From: an uncultured virus (IMG/VR IMGVR_UViG_3300045234_000013)
Taxonomy: Duplodnaviria; Heunggongvirae; Uroviricota; Caudoviricetes
IMG/VR virus record: IMGVR_UViG_3300045234_000013
DNA: 64,000 bases
Reading direction: 5' to 3' (one strand)
Position numbers and translations under genes: made by a program. Positions within the stretch are counted from its first letter, which is position 1; the number at the start of each line of letters is the position of its first letter. Of this stretch, positions 35,205 through 44,445 are shown piece by piece. Under the pieces are notes generated by a model. The model was not told the DNA's origin, searched no databases, and was given only the letters and a program-made list of their open reading frames with translations.

Positions 35205-37517
35205 ATGTACGAAAAAATCCCAACAGAGCTTAAAAATCTCAAACAGTGGTGTGTTTACAAGCTAGTTTGGGATGAAAAAAGAAACAAACACACAAAGATT
35301 CCTTATAACGCAAACAATGGATATAAAGCAAAATCTAACGATGAGAGCACATGGTCTGATTTCCAGACCGCTCTCGATGCTGTTAGCACATTCGATATGA
35401 GTGGATTAGGTTTTTTCTTCAAACCGCCATATTTTGGAATTGATATTGATAACGCAGAAGGTGAAGTCGAGCGATATAAAACAGGAGATGTGGAAGAGAA
35501 TATCATTTATGAATTCATAGAAAGCATGAAGTCTTATGCTGAATATTCGCAGTCAGGTACTGGCATCCACATTATCGCTAGGGGAGAACTGCCCGGCGGA
35601 AGGCGTCGCAAAGGTGATGTTGAGATGTATCAAGATGGACGGTTTTTCGTTATGACAGGCAATGCAGCATCTAGCTATTTAGATGTTTCGGATCCTAATC
35701 CCAAAAATATTAAGCGTTTATATGATCGTTATGTAGGCGATTCTAAAGTTATTCAATTTAAAGAAGAGAACCCTTTGATGAATACAGTAGAATTGCCAAT
35801 CGATGAAATTGTTAAGCGAGCGCTGGCTTCTTCTCAAGGGGCACGCTTTAAAGTTTTTATGGATGGCGGTTGGGAAGCATTTTATTCTTCTCAATCAGAA
35901 GCAGATATGGCTTTTGCAAATGACCTAGCATTCTGGACAGGTAGAGATTTTGGAAAGATGGATGAAATTTTTCGTTCGTCAGCAATGATCCGAAGTAAAT
36001 ATGATCAAAAAAGAGGCGCCACAACTTATGGTGAAGGTCTTCTAAATAAAGCGATTGCCGACACGAACTCCGTTTATAACCCGAAACGTAAATCTGATTT
36101 TAGGATCTATATCAAAGACCAAGAACAACTTAAAGAAAAGAAATTTTACTCATATGACGACACAGGAAATGCAGATCGTTTTAATGATATTTATGGAACG
36201 TTAGTCCGGTATTCCTATATTGACAAATCATGGTATTACTATGATGGAAAAGTCTGGATGCAAGATAATACCGGTGAAGTTCGGAAAATGGTCGATACAA
36301 CTGTTGAAATCATGGGGAAAGAACCTTTATCCGTTCCGGAAGGAGCCGATGAAGAAACAAGAGAAGCGTTAGAAAAAGCAAAAGAAAAGCACGTCAAACG
36401 ATCTCGAAGCAACGCTGGTAAAAATGCAATGATGGACGAATTAAAACACCGTTTATCTGTGTTGCCTGAAGAATTCGATCGAGACAAATCATTATTCAAT
36501 ACGCAAAGCGGATATTTGTCACTCAATAATGGGCTTCTACATGAGCATGAAATTAGAAAAATGTTCACTCGCATTTCAGACGTTGAATATACTGAATCGG
36601 TTGATTATCCAATGTGGGAAGAGTTCATCAATCAGATATTTAACAATGATCAAGAATTAATCGAGTACATTCAAAAGTGTGTCGGATACTCACTCACAGG
36701 TTCCACGAGAGAGCAGTGCATGTTCATTCTTTATGGTCACGGTTCGAATGGTAAATCTGTATTCTTGGAAATCATTTCAGAACTCATGGGGAATTATGCT
36801 ATGACTATGCAAGCGCAAACGATCATGGTGAAACAGAATCAATCATCGGCAAACAGTGATATTGCAAGATTGAAAGGCGCACGATTAGTTACATCGTCAG
36901 AACCAAACGAAGGCGTCCGATTGGACGAAGGCTTAGTAAAACAGTTGACGGGTGGCGATAAGGTAACTGCACGGCATCTTTATGGGAAAGAATTTGAGTT
37001 TGAACCTGAATTCAAATTATGGTTAGCGACAAACCACAAACCGATTATTCGCGGAACCGACGATGGTATTTGGCGGAGATTGAACCTAATTCCGTTTATT
37101 GTACAGATTCCTGACCACAAGAAAGATAAAAACTTGAAATACAAACTGCAAACAGAACTGCAAGGCATTTTAAAATGGGCCATCGATGGTTGCTTAATGT
37201 GGCAGAGAGAGGGCTTGAAAAAACCACCGTCAGTTGTTGCAGCCAGTCAGGATTATCGCAGTGAAATGGACCAGATAGGTACATTTGTTGAAACATGTTG
37301 CGAAACAGGCACAGGACTAAAAATATCAGGCGGAGAATTATACAAAGTTTATCGTGAATGGGCGTTGGACAATGGAGAGCATACATTTACAAATACGAAA
37401 TTCGGTAGAGAGATTTCAAAGAAATATACCAAAAAAAAATCTGATGGCGTAATGGTTTATACAGGAATAACACTGAAACCAAGAAAATACGATAACGTTC
37501 GAGAATTGTTTAAATAG
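35205..37517 (+). CDS. Primase-polymerase / D5-type SF3 helicase (P4 family)
   Basis: GIDID, EYSQSGTGIH, DDTGNA, GHGSNGKS, DDGIWRR. Confidence 0.93.
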   Translation: MYEKIPTELKNLKQWCVYKLVWDEKRNKHTKIPYNANNGYKAKSNDESTWSDFQTALDAVSTFDMSGLGFFFKPPYFGIDIDNAEGEVERYKTGDVEENIIYEFIESMKSYAEYSQSGTGIHIIARGELPGGRRRKGDVEMYQDGRFFVMTGNAASSYLDVSDPNPKNIKRLYDRYVGDSKVIQFKEENPLMNTVELPIDEIVKRALASSQGARFKVFMDGGWEAFYSSQSEADMAFANDLAFWTGRDFGKMDEIFRSSAMIRSKYDQKRGATTYGEGLLNKAIADTNSVYNPKRKSDFRIYIKDQEQLKEKKFYSYDDTGNADRFNDIYGTLVRYSYIDKSWYYYDGKVWMQDNTGEVRKMVDTTVEIMGKEPLSVPEGADEETREALEKAKEKHVKRSRSNAGKNAMMDELKHRLSVLPEEFDRDKSLFNTQSGYLSLNNGLLHEHEIRKMFTRISDVEYTESVDYPMWEEFINQIFNNDQELIEYIQKCVGYSLTGSTREQCMFILYGHGSNGKSVFLEIISELMGNYAMTMQAQTIMVKQNQSSANSDIARLKGARLVTSSEPNEGVRLDEGLVKQLTGGDKVTARHLYGKEFEFEPEFKLWLATNHKPIIRGTDDGIWRRLNLIPFIVQIPDHKKDKNLKYKLQTELQGILKWAIDGCLMWQREGLKKPPSVVAASQDYRSEMDQIGTFVETCCETGTGLKISGGELYKVYREWALDNGEHTFTNTKFGREISKKYTKKKSDGVMVYTGITLKPRKYDNVRELFK

Positions 37518-37754
37518 GGAGGGTTTAGGGAGAGTTTGAATGTAACCCTCCCTGTACAAAAAACCTTATATATCAATACTTATATTACATTTTCTTCTTT
37601 TTAGGGAGGGTTTAAAAAAAATAATAAAGTATTAAAGTAAAAAATGAAAAGTAAATTATATAAAAAAGAATAGGTTTTTGGTACAAACCCTCCAGAACTA
37701 TCCCTGTTTTACTAAGAAAGCCTATTATATCAACGATTATCAATAGGGAGGGTT
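37516..37754. repeat. Putative replication origin
   Basis: Direct and inverted AGGGAGGGTT iterons (37516, 37527, 37544 inverted, 37603, 37686 inverted, 37745) around an AT-rich core after the primase gene. Confidence 0.8.
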
Positions 37755-37757
37755 ACA

Positions 37758-38072
37758 TTGAAATCAGAACATCAAATACAAGATGAGATCAGAATTGCCT
37801 TATCAAAGAACGGTTGTACCATTTTTAGATCAAACGCTGGACAGGTAACTACGATCGAAGGAAGACAATTTTATGGAATGCCAAAAGGATTCCCTGATCT
37901 GTGTGGGCATAGAAATTCAGATGGAAAATCGATCTATATCGAAGTCAAAAACGAAACAGGCAAACTTCGACCAGATCAAATACGATTCGGCGAATTTTTA
38001 AAAAAGCAGCCTGTTCTATATGGAGTCGCAAGGTCTGTCGAGGACGCTTTGCGGATTGTTAATAAGAAATAA
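37758..38072 (+). CDS. VRR-NUC nuclease
   Basis: GFPDL, IEVK, LRPDQ motifs. Confidence 0.9.
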   Translation: MKSEHQIQDEIRIALSKNGCTIFRSNAGQVTTIEGRQFYGMPKGFPDLCGHRNSDGKSIYIEVKNETGKLRPDQIRFGEFLKKQPVLYGVARSVEDALRIVNKK

Positions 38073-38101
38073 AAATATTTCAATTGAAATAGGAGGGTCT
38101 A

Positions 38102-38368
38102 ATGAATACAACCAATAATAGAAAATTTGGTAAGTTTCTCGCGACGAACAACACGTTATCGCCAAAGAGACCGCAATTAAATCCGGACAAATATTACAAG
38201 CTGGATTACGAAAAATGCATCTATTCGATCGTTGGGAAATTGATTAACGAGTATAAACATACGGCGTGTTTTGAAATTGTGAATTGGCATGAAGCTGACG
38301 GTGCTACATTGAGAAACTTGGGCCATCGGGTGATCGTTAGAAAACAAGAAGCCGTTGAGATTGAGTAG
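38102..38368 (+). CDS. Hypothetical protein
   Basis: RBS AGGAGG. Confidence 0.75.
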   Translation: MNTTNNRKFGKFLATNNTLSPKRPQLNPDKYYKLDYEKCIYSIVGKLINEYKHTACFEIVNWHEADGATLRNLGHRVIVRKQEAVEIE

Positions 38369-38423
38369 CGTAAAGTTACTTAGTTTGGGGCATTAGCAGA
38401 GGAAAAGGAAAAGAGGGAATTAG

Positions 38424-38657
38424 ATGATTTACATTAAAAATTTCAATCATGATTTTGAATCTTCTACAATCACGTTTGAAGTAGAAAATGAAGGAGTAAC
38501 AAATAAAGTGGAGACTAAAGAAAGCGGCTACGGTGCAACTTCTACTGATATAGATTCATTTCCTGACATCGAGGATTGGTCTGACGCTGAGTACAGCCAG
38601 CTAGAAGATTTTCTGAGCGGTTGCCAACAAATTGTTCACCAATTTTATCATTATTGA
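38424..38657 (+). CDS. Hypothetical acidic protein
   Basis: RBS; 77 aa. Confidence 0.75.
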   Translation: MIYIKNFNHDFESSTITFEVENEGVTNKVETKESGYGATSTDIDSFPDIEDWSDAEYSQLEDFLSGCQQIVHQFYHY

Positions 38658-38688
38658 TCCACTAACGGAGGACTTAGAGGAGGAAAAA

Positions 38689-38997
38689 ATGAAGACGTTA
38701 AAAATTGAAATGACTAGACGAGATAAAGTAAAAGTGAAACTTGATGAATCATATTTTACCGATGAATGGTTCGAAGAATTTAGAGAGTTTTTCTATGACT
38801 TTTATGATTTGGAACAGTTAGCCGAACATATCGCTTACAACATTGTCCATAACAATGCGACGTTTATTGAAGGCGTGGGCACACCTCTCAGAGATGGTGA
38901 AAAGCCGTATTGGTTGAGCGAGTCAGAGGAGAAACAACTTAATAAGCATGTGAACGTAATTTTTAATCCGTATGATACGGATGTTGAATACGAATAG
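38689..38997 (+). CDS. Hypothetical acidic protein
   Basis: RBS GAGGAGG before ATG 38689. Confidence 0.8.
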   Translation: MKTLKIEMTRRDKVKVKLDESYFTDEWFEEFREFFYDFYDLEQLAEHIAYNIVHNNATFIEGVGTPLRDGEKPYWLSESEEKQLNKHVNVIFNPYDTDVEYE

Positions 38998-39031
38998 TTC
39001 CGCAAACGACGGGCTTAGAGGAGGAAAATAA

Positions 39032-39307
39032 ATGAGAACAGAATGTAATAAATACCAAGAATACATGACTCATGGAGATAATACGATTGCTAATCATCGA
39101 GTTTACAAGTTCCCTAATGGTTGGGGTGCAAGTGTGATTTGCGGTTTCGGATCATACGGGTTGGAGTTAATGCCAATCAGTTTTGACGGATCAGGCGATT
39201 ATACCTTTAACTGGGAGCCTTTTGGCCATCTGTCTGACCAAGAGATGGAAGCTCACCTAACTGATATTTTTGAAAACGGAGAGAAATGTCAAAGAGAAGA
39301 AGTGTAA
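39032..39307 (+). CDS. Hypothetical protein (YKFPNGWGASVI motif)
   Basis: RBS GAGGAGG. Confidence 0.8.
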   Translation: MRTECNKYQEYMTHGDNTIANHRVYKFPNGWGASVICGFGSYGLELMPISFDGSGDYTFNWEPFGHLSDQEMEAHLTDIFENGEKCQREEV

Positions 39308-39341
39308 TTCCAGAAACGAAGGCAATAGGAGAGGTTTTTAA

Positions 39342-39509
39342 ATGAATCAATATCAAGTTAAATATATTTCTCATAACGATCGGATAGCAGTCTGCTATTT
39401 ACATGCGGACAGTCTTAAAGAGGCGGAAGAATCTGCACGGATACTGCAAGGCTGCAAGCAATTGATTTCTATTCATGTGTGGCCAAAAGAACAGGAGGAC
39501 GGCGAATGA
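39342..39509 (+). CDS. Hypothetical protein, 55 aa
   Basis: RBS GAGG; MNQYQVKYISH... Confidence 0.7.
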   Translation: MNQYQVKYISHNDRIAVCYLHADSLKEAEESARILQGCKQLISIHVWPKEQEDGE

Positions 39510-39685
39510 TACCAGATGATAGATTACCGCGGTTCACCGCTTGGAAATTAACCGGACCGACTCCATTAAAAGGACAACACTGTGGGTATTGTAGTTCATT
39601 AACTGAAAAGCAAAAAAGAAAATTGGATTCGTGTCCAGAATGTGGAAAATCTTTATTTGCTTTTAGAAAAAGAAAGTTCCAGTAA
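39506..39685 (+). CDS. Small Zn-finger protein
   Basis: CGYC...CPEC; ATGA overlap. Confidence 0.7.
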   Translation: MIPDDRLPRFTAWKLTGPTPLKGQHCGYCSSLTEKQKRKLDSCPECGKSLFAFRKRKFQ

Positions 39686-39711
39686 CCACGCCAATAAAGG
39701 AGGATCTAAAA

Positions 39712-40008
39712 ATGGATATCATGGATCGATATTACGGACTGATCCTCAAAGAACAAGTAAAAATTTTGAAGCAGTACGTTAAGAAAAAGAGTCGAGCAGA
39801 TCAAATTATTCAAGAGTTAGCATTGACTCCTTCGCATACAACACAAAAGTATTGGCAAGCTGTTAGTCAGTCTGAATTATGTATTGCTGAGATTGATAAG
39901 CTCAAAAGGGAAATGAACTATTTAAATGAAAAATACAACTGGAAAAACTTGTTACATCAAGATCGGTTTAAGTTTATTGATGACGATGTATTAAAAGTGA
40001 TTGATTAG
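39712..40008 (+). CDS. Hypothetical protein
   Basis: RBS AAGGAGG. Confidence 0.75.
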   Translation: MDIMDRYYGLILKEQVKILKQYVKKKSRADQIIQELALTPSHTTQKYWQAVSQSELCIAEIDKLKREMNYLNEKYNWKNLLHQDRFKFIDDDVLKVID

Positions 40009-40055
40009 AACGTAGCTCGGCTAACTCAGCCTATCAAATAGAAAAGAGGTATGAA

Positions 40056-40586
40056 ATGAATAAACTAGAAAAAGAAGAACTTATTACTTTTGTTAACAGA
40101 GCAAAAGAAGATTTAAATTTTAGTTTTAGCGCATATCATAAAACATGTCCTGGATACGTCCAAGGAAACAAATTAATTAATTATATTGAACACCTATACG
40201 AGCAGCAGAAAGTCAAAGTGCCAGCATTTGCAGCTAAGTGGATTTCAAAATGTCTGGAATTAAATTGGATCTTGACTGACTTACTTGCACCAGAAGCTTT
40301 TGAATCAAACTTTGCTCGTAATACTGAAGAATGGCTGCGACAAGACAAACAAAATTACGATATTCTAGCTCGCGCATGGCTAGACGGCTACGAGGTCGAG
40401 GAGGAGCAGAAGTGGGTTGTGTTAGGCAAGCGAGGCTATTTGACTAGTCTTTCCATAGGTAAAGGTAAATCAACCGGATGGACAGGAAACGGTGATAAGC
40501 ACGGATCAGGAGCAATTCATTTTGATGATAAAGAAATGGCTCAATATACCGCATATATCGCTGGCGGCACAGTCGAGAAAGTGTAG
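40056..40586 (+). CDS. DUF1642-domain protein
   Basis: KVKVPAFAAKWI...ARAWLDGYEVEEE. Confidence 0.85.
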   Translation: MNKLEKEELITFVNRAKEDLNFSFSAYHKTCPGYVQGNKLINYIEHLYEQQKVKVPAFAAKWISKCLELNWILTDLLAPEAFESNFARNTEEWLRQDKQNYDILARAWLDGYEVEEEQKWVVLGKRGYLTSLSIGKGKSTGWTGNGDKHGSGAIHFDDKEMAQYTAYIAGGTVEKV

Positions 40587-40588
40587 GT

Positions 40589-41056
40589 GTGAAAATGGAA
40601 GAACAATATATTGTTTACGACAAAGAGGATGGTCTCATTTGCGCTGCTGACAAAGAAATGGCTGAAAAAGAATATAGAAAAGCAGTAGATTCAGCTCAGA
40701 GTTATTTAAATGGAATGTATCTTGACGGAGATGACATGGGATATCAAACAGTCCTTGCACAAGTAAAACAAGGATATCTGCTGCAGATGAATGAAGCTGA
40801 TAGTGAATGGGAAGAAGTATTTATAAAACCCCTGAAATTCAACGAAAACCAACAGATCGTATTGGAATGGCTGAAGAAAAAATACAAAACTACTGATATA
40901 GAACCAATTGAACTAATCTGGCGGCTTAGAGTTAATTCGAACTCAGATAGATGGAGACTTCAACCTCCATACAAAAATTATCGCTATCTGACTGAGGCAG
41001 CACAGTTTGAAGTCCTAGCAGCCTTCGCAGAATGGGGGTGCGAATCTAGTGAATGA
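40589..41056 (+). CDS. Hypothetical protein
   Basis: NENQQIVLEWLK...QFEVLAAFAEW domain. Confidence 0.75.
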   Translation: MKMEEQYIVYDKEDGLICAADKEMAEKEYRKAVDSAQSYLNGMYLDGDDMGYQTVLAQVKQGYLLQMNEADSEWEEVFIKPLKFNENQQIVLEWLKKKYKTTDIEPIELIWRLRVNSNSDRWRLQPPYKNYRYLTEAAQFEVLAAFAEWGCESSE

Positions 41057-41603
41057 AGAATGGAAAACAATTGAGCTGGAAGGCCATTTATACGAGATAT
41101 CCAATTTCGGCAGAGTGAGAAGTATCAGTAGATTTATTTACAGAAAAGATGGAATAAAAAGTTGGTACGAAGGTAAAGAACTTAATATTTTAAAAACTAA
41201 TCGAGGGTACAAATTTGTAAATATAACAAACAAAAACAAGCATACATGTACTAGATATAAGCTCCACAGATTGGTGGCTGTTTGCTTTGTTGATGGAAAA
41301 ACTAAAGAGAAAAAATATGTGAATCATATTGATGGAGATAAAAGTAACAATAATGCGAACAACCTTGAATGGGTAACCGATGCGGAAAACAAAAGACATG
41401 CAGCAAAAAATAAACTTTATTGCCAGGGATCGCGACACCCAGAAGCTAAATTTACGGAAGAAAAAATCCAAGAAATTAGAAAACAATACAAAGCTGGAGT
41501 GAGTCAAGCAGAATTGAGAAAAATGTACCATGTCGCTAATGCAACTATGTTCAATATAGTCCACAATATTTCTTGGAAATCGGTGAAAGAGGTGGCGGAA
41601 TAG
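41049..41603 (+). CDS. NUMOD4-HNH homing endonuclease
   Basis: EEWKTI...YEISNFGRVRS, HRLVA, VNHIDGDKSNNNANNLEW. Confidence 0.92.
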   Translation: MNEEWKTIELEGHLYEISNFGRVRSISRFIYRKDGIKSWYEGKELNILKTNRGYKFVNITNKNKHTCTRYKLHRLVAVCFVDGKTKEKKYVNHIDGDKSNNNANNLEWVTDAENKRHAAKNKLYCQGSRHPEAKFTEEKIQEIRKQYKAGVSQAELRKMYHVANATMFNIVHNISWKSVKEVAE

Positions 41604-41783
41604 ATGTGTAAATATTGCGACGGTTCAATTCATGAAGTAGAAAGCAAAGATTATGTGCACGTTGATACAACAGGAAGAACTATTCGTATTAAAGCTTACC
41701 CGGAAGGATACGAAGACGGCACTTGTATTTATATCAGACGGAAGTTTTGCCATGAATGTGGAAGAAAGTTGGCAGCAAAATGA
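41604..41783 (+). CDS. Small Zn-ribbon protein, 59 aa
   Basis: MCKYC...FCHECGRKL. Confidence 0.75.
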   Translation: MCKYCDGSIHEVESKDYVHVDTTGRTIRIKAYPEGYEDGTCIYIRRKFCHECGRKLAAK

Positions 41784-41986
41784 AGTTCTCAGATGAGTTA
41801 GATAAGCTGTGGACCATCGAAGATATTAATTCTACTGATCCTGAATATCCGGCGTATAAGGACGAGTACACTCAAGGCTATTTAGATGGAATTGAACAAT
41901 CAAAGAACTATGTCAGACAGCTTGAAAAGACACATGACGGTGCCCTAGAGACGCTTAAACAGAACATCAAGCGCTTCTTCTGCTAA
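41780..41986 (+). CDS. Hypothetical protein
   Basis: ATGA overlap; start at MKFSDE. Confidence 0.7.
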   Translation: MKFSDELDKLWTIEDINSTDPEYPAYKDEYTQGYLDGIEQSKNYVRQLEKTHDGALETLKQNIKRFFC

Positions 41987-42002
41987 CCGACCCAACTGCA
42001 TA

Positions 42003-42157
42003 GAAAAAGACAGCCGACCACTGGCTGCCTTGGAAAAAGAAACTTTCGCCTAGTTTCCGCTAGGCAGGTTTATTTTAGCACAAAAAGACCACCGGGATAA
42101 GTCAGTGGTCAGTGAGCTGGACATTGAAAGGATCAATAAAAAAGGAGTACCAGCTCT
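42003..42157 (-). ncRNA. Two tandem putative sRNAs (units H, I)
   Basis: Minus-strand -10 TATAAT (42163-68) and TGcTAAAAT (42072-80), each followed by a hairpin and an intrinsic terminator. Confidence 0.55.
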
Positions 42158-42191
42158 CACATATTATACAACAAAAAAGGAGTGGATTAAA

Positions 42192-42614
42192 ATGATACCG
42201 AAGTTTAGAGCGTGGGATAAAGAAGATAAACGAATGAGTTATGGTGAGATTGAATATTATGATGATTCATTCGGAGTTAGATTTGACCATTTCTGCGTAG
42301 GTGCAGATTTTGAAGTAGAATTCATGCAATCAACAGGCCTCAAAGACAAGAACGGCGTGGAGATATTCGATGGTGATTGCTTTATTAAAAATTTTAGAAC
42401 TATTGAAATACCTACTGGAAAAGATGGAATTGAAAAAGCTGTCGGAATAGTTAAATTTCATGAAGGAGCGTTTCACGTTCATATTGTCGGCTGGGGCTAT
42501 GAGCTGTTATCAAAAGTTGTGAAACCACAAATGTACGGAGCAAATAATGACTATTGGGAGAGTGAAGTAATCGGCAACATCTACGAAAATCCAGAGTTGT
42601 TGGAGGTGGAATAA
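42192..42614 (+). CDS. YopX family protein
   Basis: MIPKFRAWDK...QSTGLKDKNG...VIGNIYENPELL. Confidence 0.9.
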   Translation: MIPKFRAWDKEDKRMSYGEIEYYDDSFGVRFDHFCVGADFEVEFMQSTGLKDKNGVEIFDGDCFIKNFRTIEIPTGKDGIEKAVGIVKFHEGAFHVHIVGWGYELLSKVVKPQMYGANNDYWESEVIGNIYENPELLEVE

Positions 42615-42824
42615 GTGGATAAAAAAGAAGGATTTATCATTGATAATGCCCGATTCATCAACAGGCATTGTACGGGAGAAGATACCTTGTATTTTAGTGT
42701 GAATGAGGACGGCATACTTTTTCAAACGACGAGAGAGCCAGAAGATAAACAACATGATATTCCTATGACGAAGGATGAGTGGGAGTTGCTAAAGCGTCTA
42801 ATCGATGTTCAGTTAATCCGCTAA
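42615..42824 (+). CDS. Hypothetical protein
   Basis: RBS GGAGGTG. Confidence 0.75.
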   Translation: MDKKEGFIIDNARFINRHCTGEDTLYFSVNEDGILFQTTREPEDKQHDIPMTKDEWELLKRLIDVQLIR

Positions 42825-42858
42825 CGTCACCAATAGAGGAAGTTTAGGAGGGGTGTGA

Positions 42859-43083
42859 ATGAGCACGACAGAGGCTGTTTTTCGAATCATTTTGTTTATC
42901 GTTACATGGCGTATAGTCGCTTCTATATTCAAATCGTACAATAAAGCAATTAATGAACTGAATAAACGAATGAAAACGTTGGAGACACAAAAAGATCTCT
43001 ACATTGAATTCATTATGAAATTGAATGAAATTTTGAATAAAAGTGATAGCAAAGATACAGAACAACGGGGGAAGAATGATTGA
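42859..43083 (+). CDS. Small membrane / coiled-coil protein
   Basis: RBS AGGAGG; N-terminal TM. Confidence 0.7.
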   Translation: MSTTEAVFRIILFIVTWRIVASIFKSYNKAINELNKRMKTLETQKDLYIEFIMKLNEILNKSDSKDTEQRGKND

Positions 43084-43493
43084 GTAGAAATGATTATCTC
43101 ATAAACGAATTAGACAGGAAGTTTGCGAATTATCCGAATTACAATAGAGAAATCGCGATTCGAAAAGAAGAACTAAAAATGAAAGAGGCTGATGAGAACA
43201 TCGGCGGCGGTAAAGGGAACATTCGTAGCAATCCTGTTGAACAGCAAGTAATTAAAGAGTTATCTGATCCGTATATTGTCAATCGGCAGCTTTGGAAGAA
43301 GTGTATCAGGGAGACTTTAGAAAGTCAGAGCGCTGATATTAGAAAACTGATGGAGCTTAAATACTGGGGTGAAGATAGTTGGATGGATTGGGTAAGTTTT
43401 GGTCAAAAACATGGATATGCTCAAAAGACTATTTATCGATTGCGGCAGAAAATTTTACTTGATTTTGGAAGACGAATTGGGGAAATCAATTAA
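43080..43493 (+). CDS. RinA-family late transcription activator
   Basis: DENIGGGKGN..SNPVE, LKYW, C-terminal HTH; precedes the late leader. Confidence 0.85.
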   Translation: MSRNDYLINELDRKFANYPNYNREIAIRKEELKMKEADENIGGGKGNIRSNPVEQQVIKELSDPYIVNRQLWKKCIRETLESQSADIRKLMELKYWGEDSWMDWVSFGQKHGYAQKTIYRLRQKILLDFGRRIGEIN

Positions 43494-43751
43494 AATGACA
43501 CAAAAGTGGGTAGTTTTGTCACTGTCAACCCCTATATAATTGTATTATCAGAGAGTTTTAAATAATCCATCAAACAGACGACTCAAATTAACTTTATTGG
43601 CATGAAGTTTCTTCTTATACCTCTTAACATACAAACGTCTAGCTTGGTGGGTTATTCTCTTTTTGACTACACTGCCACTTTGCGGAAACAGAGTAGGCAA
43701 ACAATTGACGGCATGAAATAATGATTTCTACATTGAGCATGCCGTCTTTAT

Positions 43752-43840
43752 GTCACTGTGGCGGAAGTAGAAGACGTGTTGCATGCGTGCGAGGTTAATG
43801 CTTAGGCAACCATGAGTGGGGCGGTGCCACTCCAGTGACT
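43752..43840 (+). ncRNA. tRNA-like cloverleaf RNA (copy of 1968-2056)
   Basis: Perfect GTCACTG/CAGTGAC acceptor-like stem. Confidence 0.55.
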
Positions 43841-43980
43841 TAGACGAAAGGTAACTTAAATGTGACCACATCAGTATCGTCAGCGAGCTGATAAAGGTAA
43901 CTAGTAGACTCTAGGATTTAAGATAGTCTTGCCGATTAGTCAATCTCAACAGCAAGCTTGCAGGAGGTAGCTCCTCCAGT

Positions 43981-44055
43981 TGACGTGTAGCATCATGGTG
44001 ATGCATCTGACTGTCAGAGTTGGAAATGAGGTCGGTTCGATCCCGGCCACGTCAA
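43981..44055 (+). tRNA. Atypical tRNA (nominal anticodon GTC, Asp; 9-nt loop)
   Basis: Same body as 2133-2208 with a T>C change in the loop. Confidence 0.7.
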
Positions 44056-44327
44056 TAGGGACGAAGGTGCCCAAGAAACATCGGGACATAAGCGCCCACA
44101 AATAGCAACCGAGCATTCCTATCTGCCAGTCATGGATAAACAGTGGGTTCCATAATGGAGTAGGTTGCTTAATTTAATGTCAATACTCTCATTCCTGTTT
44201 AGGCAGATGCGTTCTGAGGTGAGAGTTTTAATTATTAATAGAACCCCGTACACCTCTCAACGATGTGTCCCAAGCGGGGACGATATACATAATCAAGATC
44301 GCTTAGGCGGTCTTTTTATTTTGCACA

Positions 44328-44390
44328 CAAAAATAGACCGCTGTTTCCGCAGCGGCCAAATGAAAAACAAATTTTTAAAAAGGATGATAC
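44328..44390 (-). ncRNA. Putative CcpA-regulated sRNA (unit A copy)
   Basis: Same promoter and cre site (44406-44419) and terminator as 2488-2585. Confidence 0.6.
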
Positions 44391-44445
44391 GTAGAAATTA
44401 TATCATTGTAACGCTTACAGGACAATGCGGAAAAGGAATATAAAA

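Larger units (their letters stand above)
38383..42834. repeat. Dispersed 19-bp gene-boundary motif WTCCRSWAA-CNNMSS-CAAT
   Basis: Copies at 38657, 38998, 39308, 39677, 40016, 41978, 42816, an inverted copy at 38383-38401, and one at 862 in prophage 1. Confidence 0.75.
43560..44322 (+). ncRNA. Structured non-coding late leader, second version
   Basis: Downstream of TATAAT at ~43535; shares modules with 1780-2390; ends in a terminator at 44295-44322. Confidence 0.65.

Noticed and set aside
44264..44280. GTCCCAAGC resembles the twister ribozyme conserved loop; an HDV-like fold was also considered
   Set aside because: I could not build the flanking P2/P4 stems and pseudoknots by eye; kept only as an untested structured RNA.
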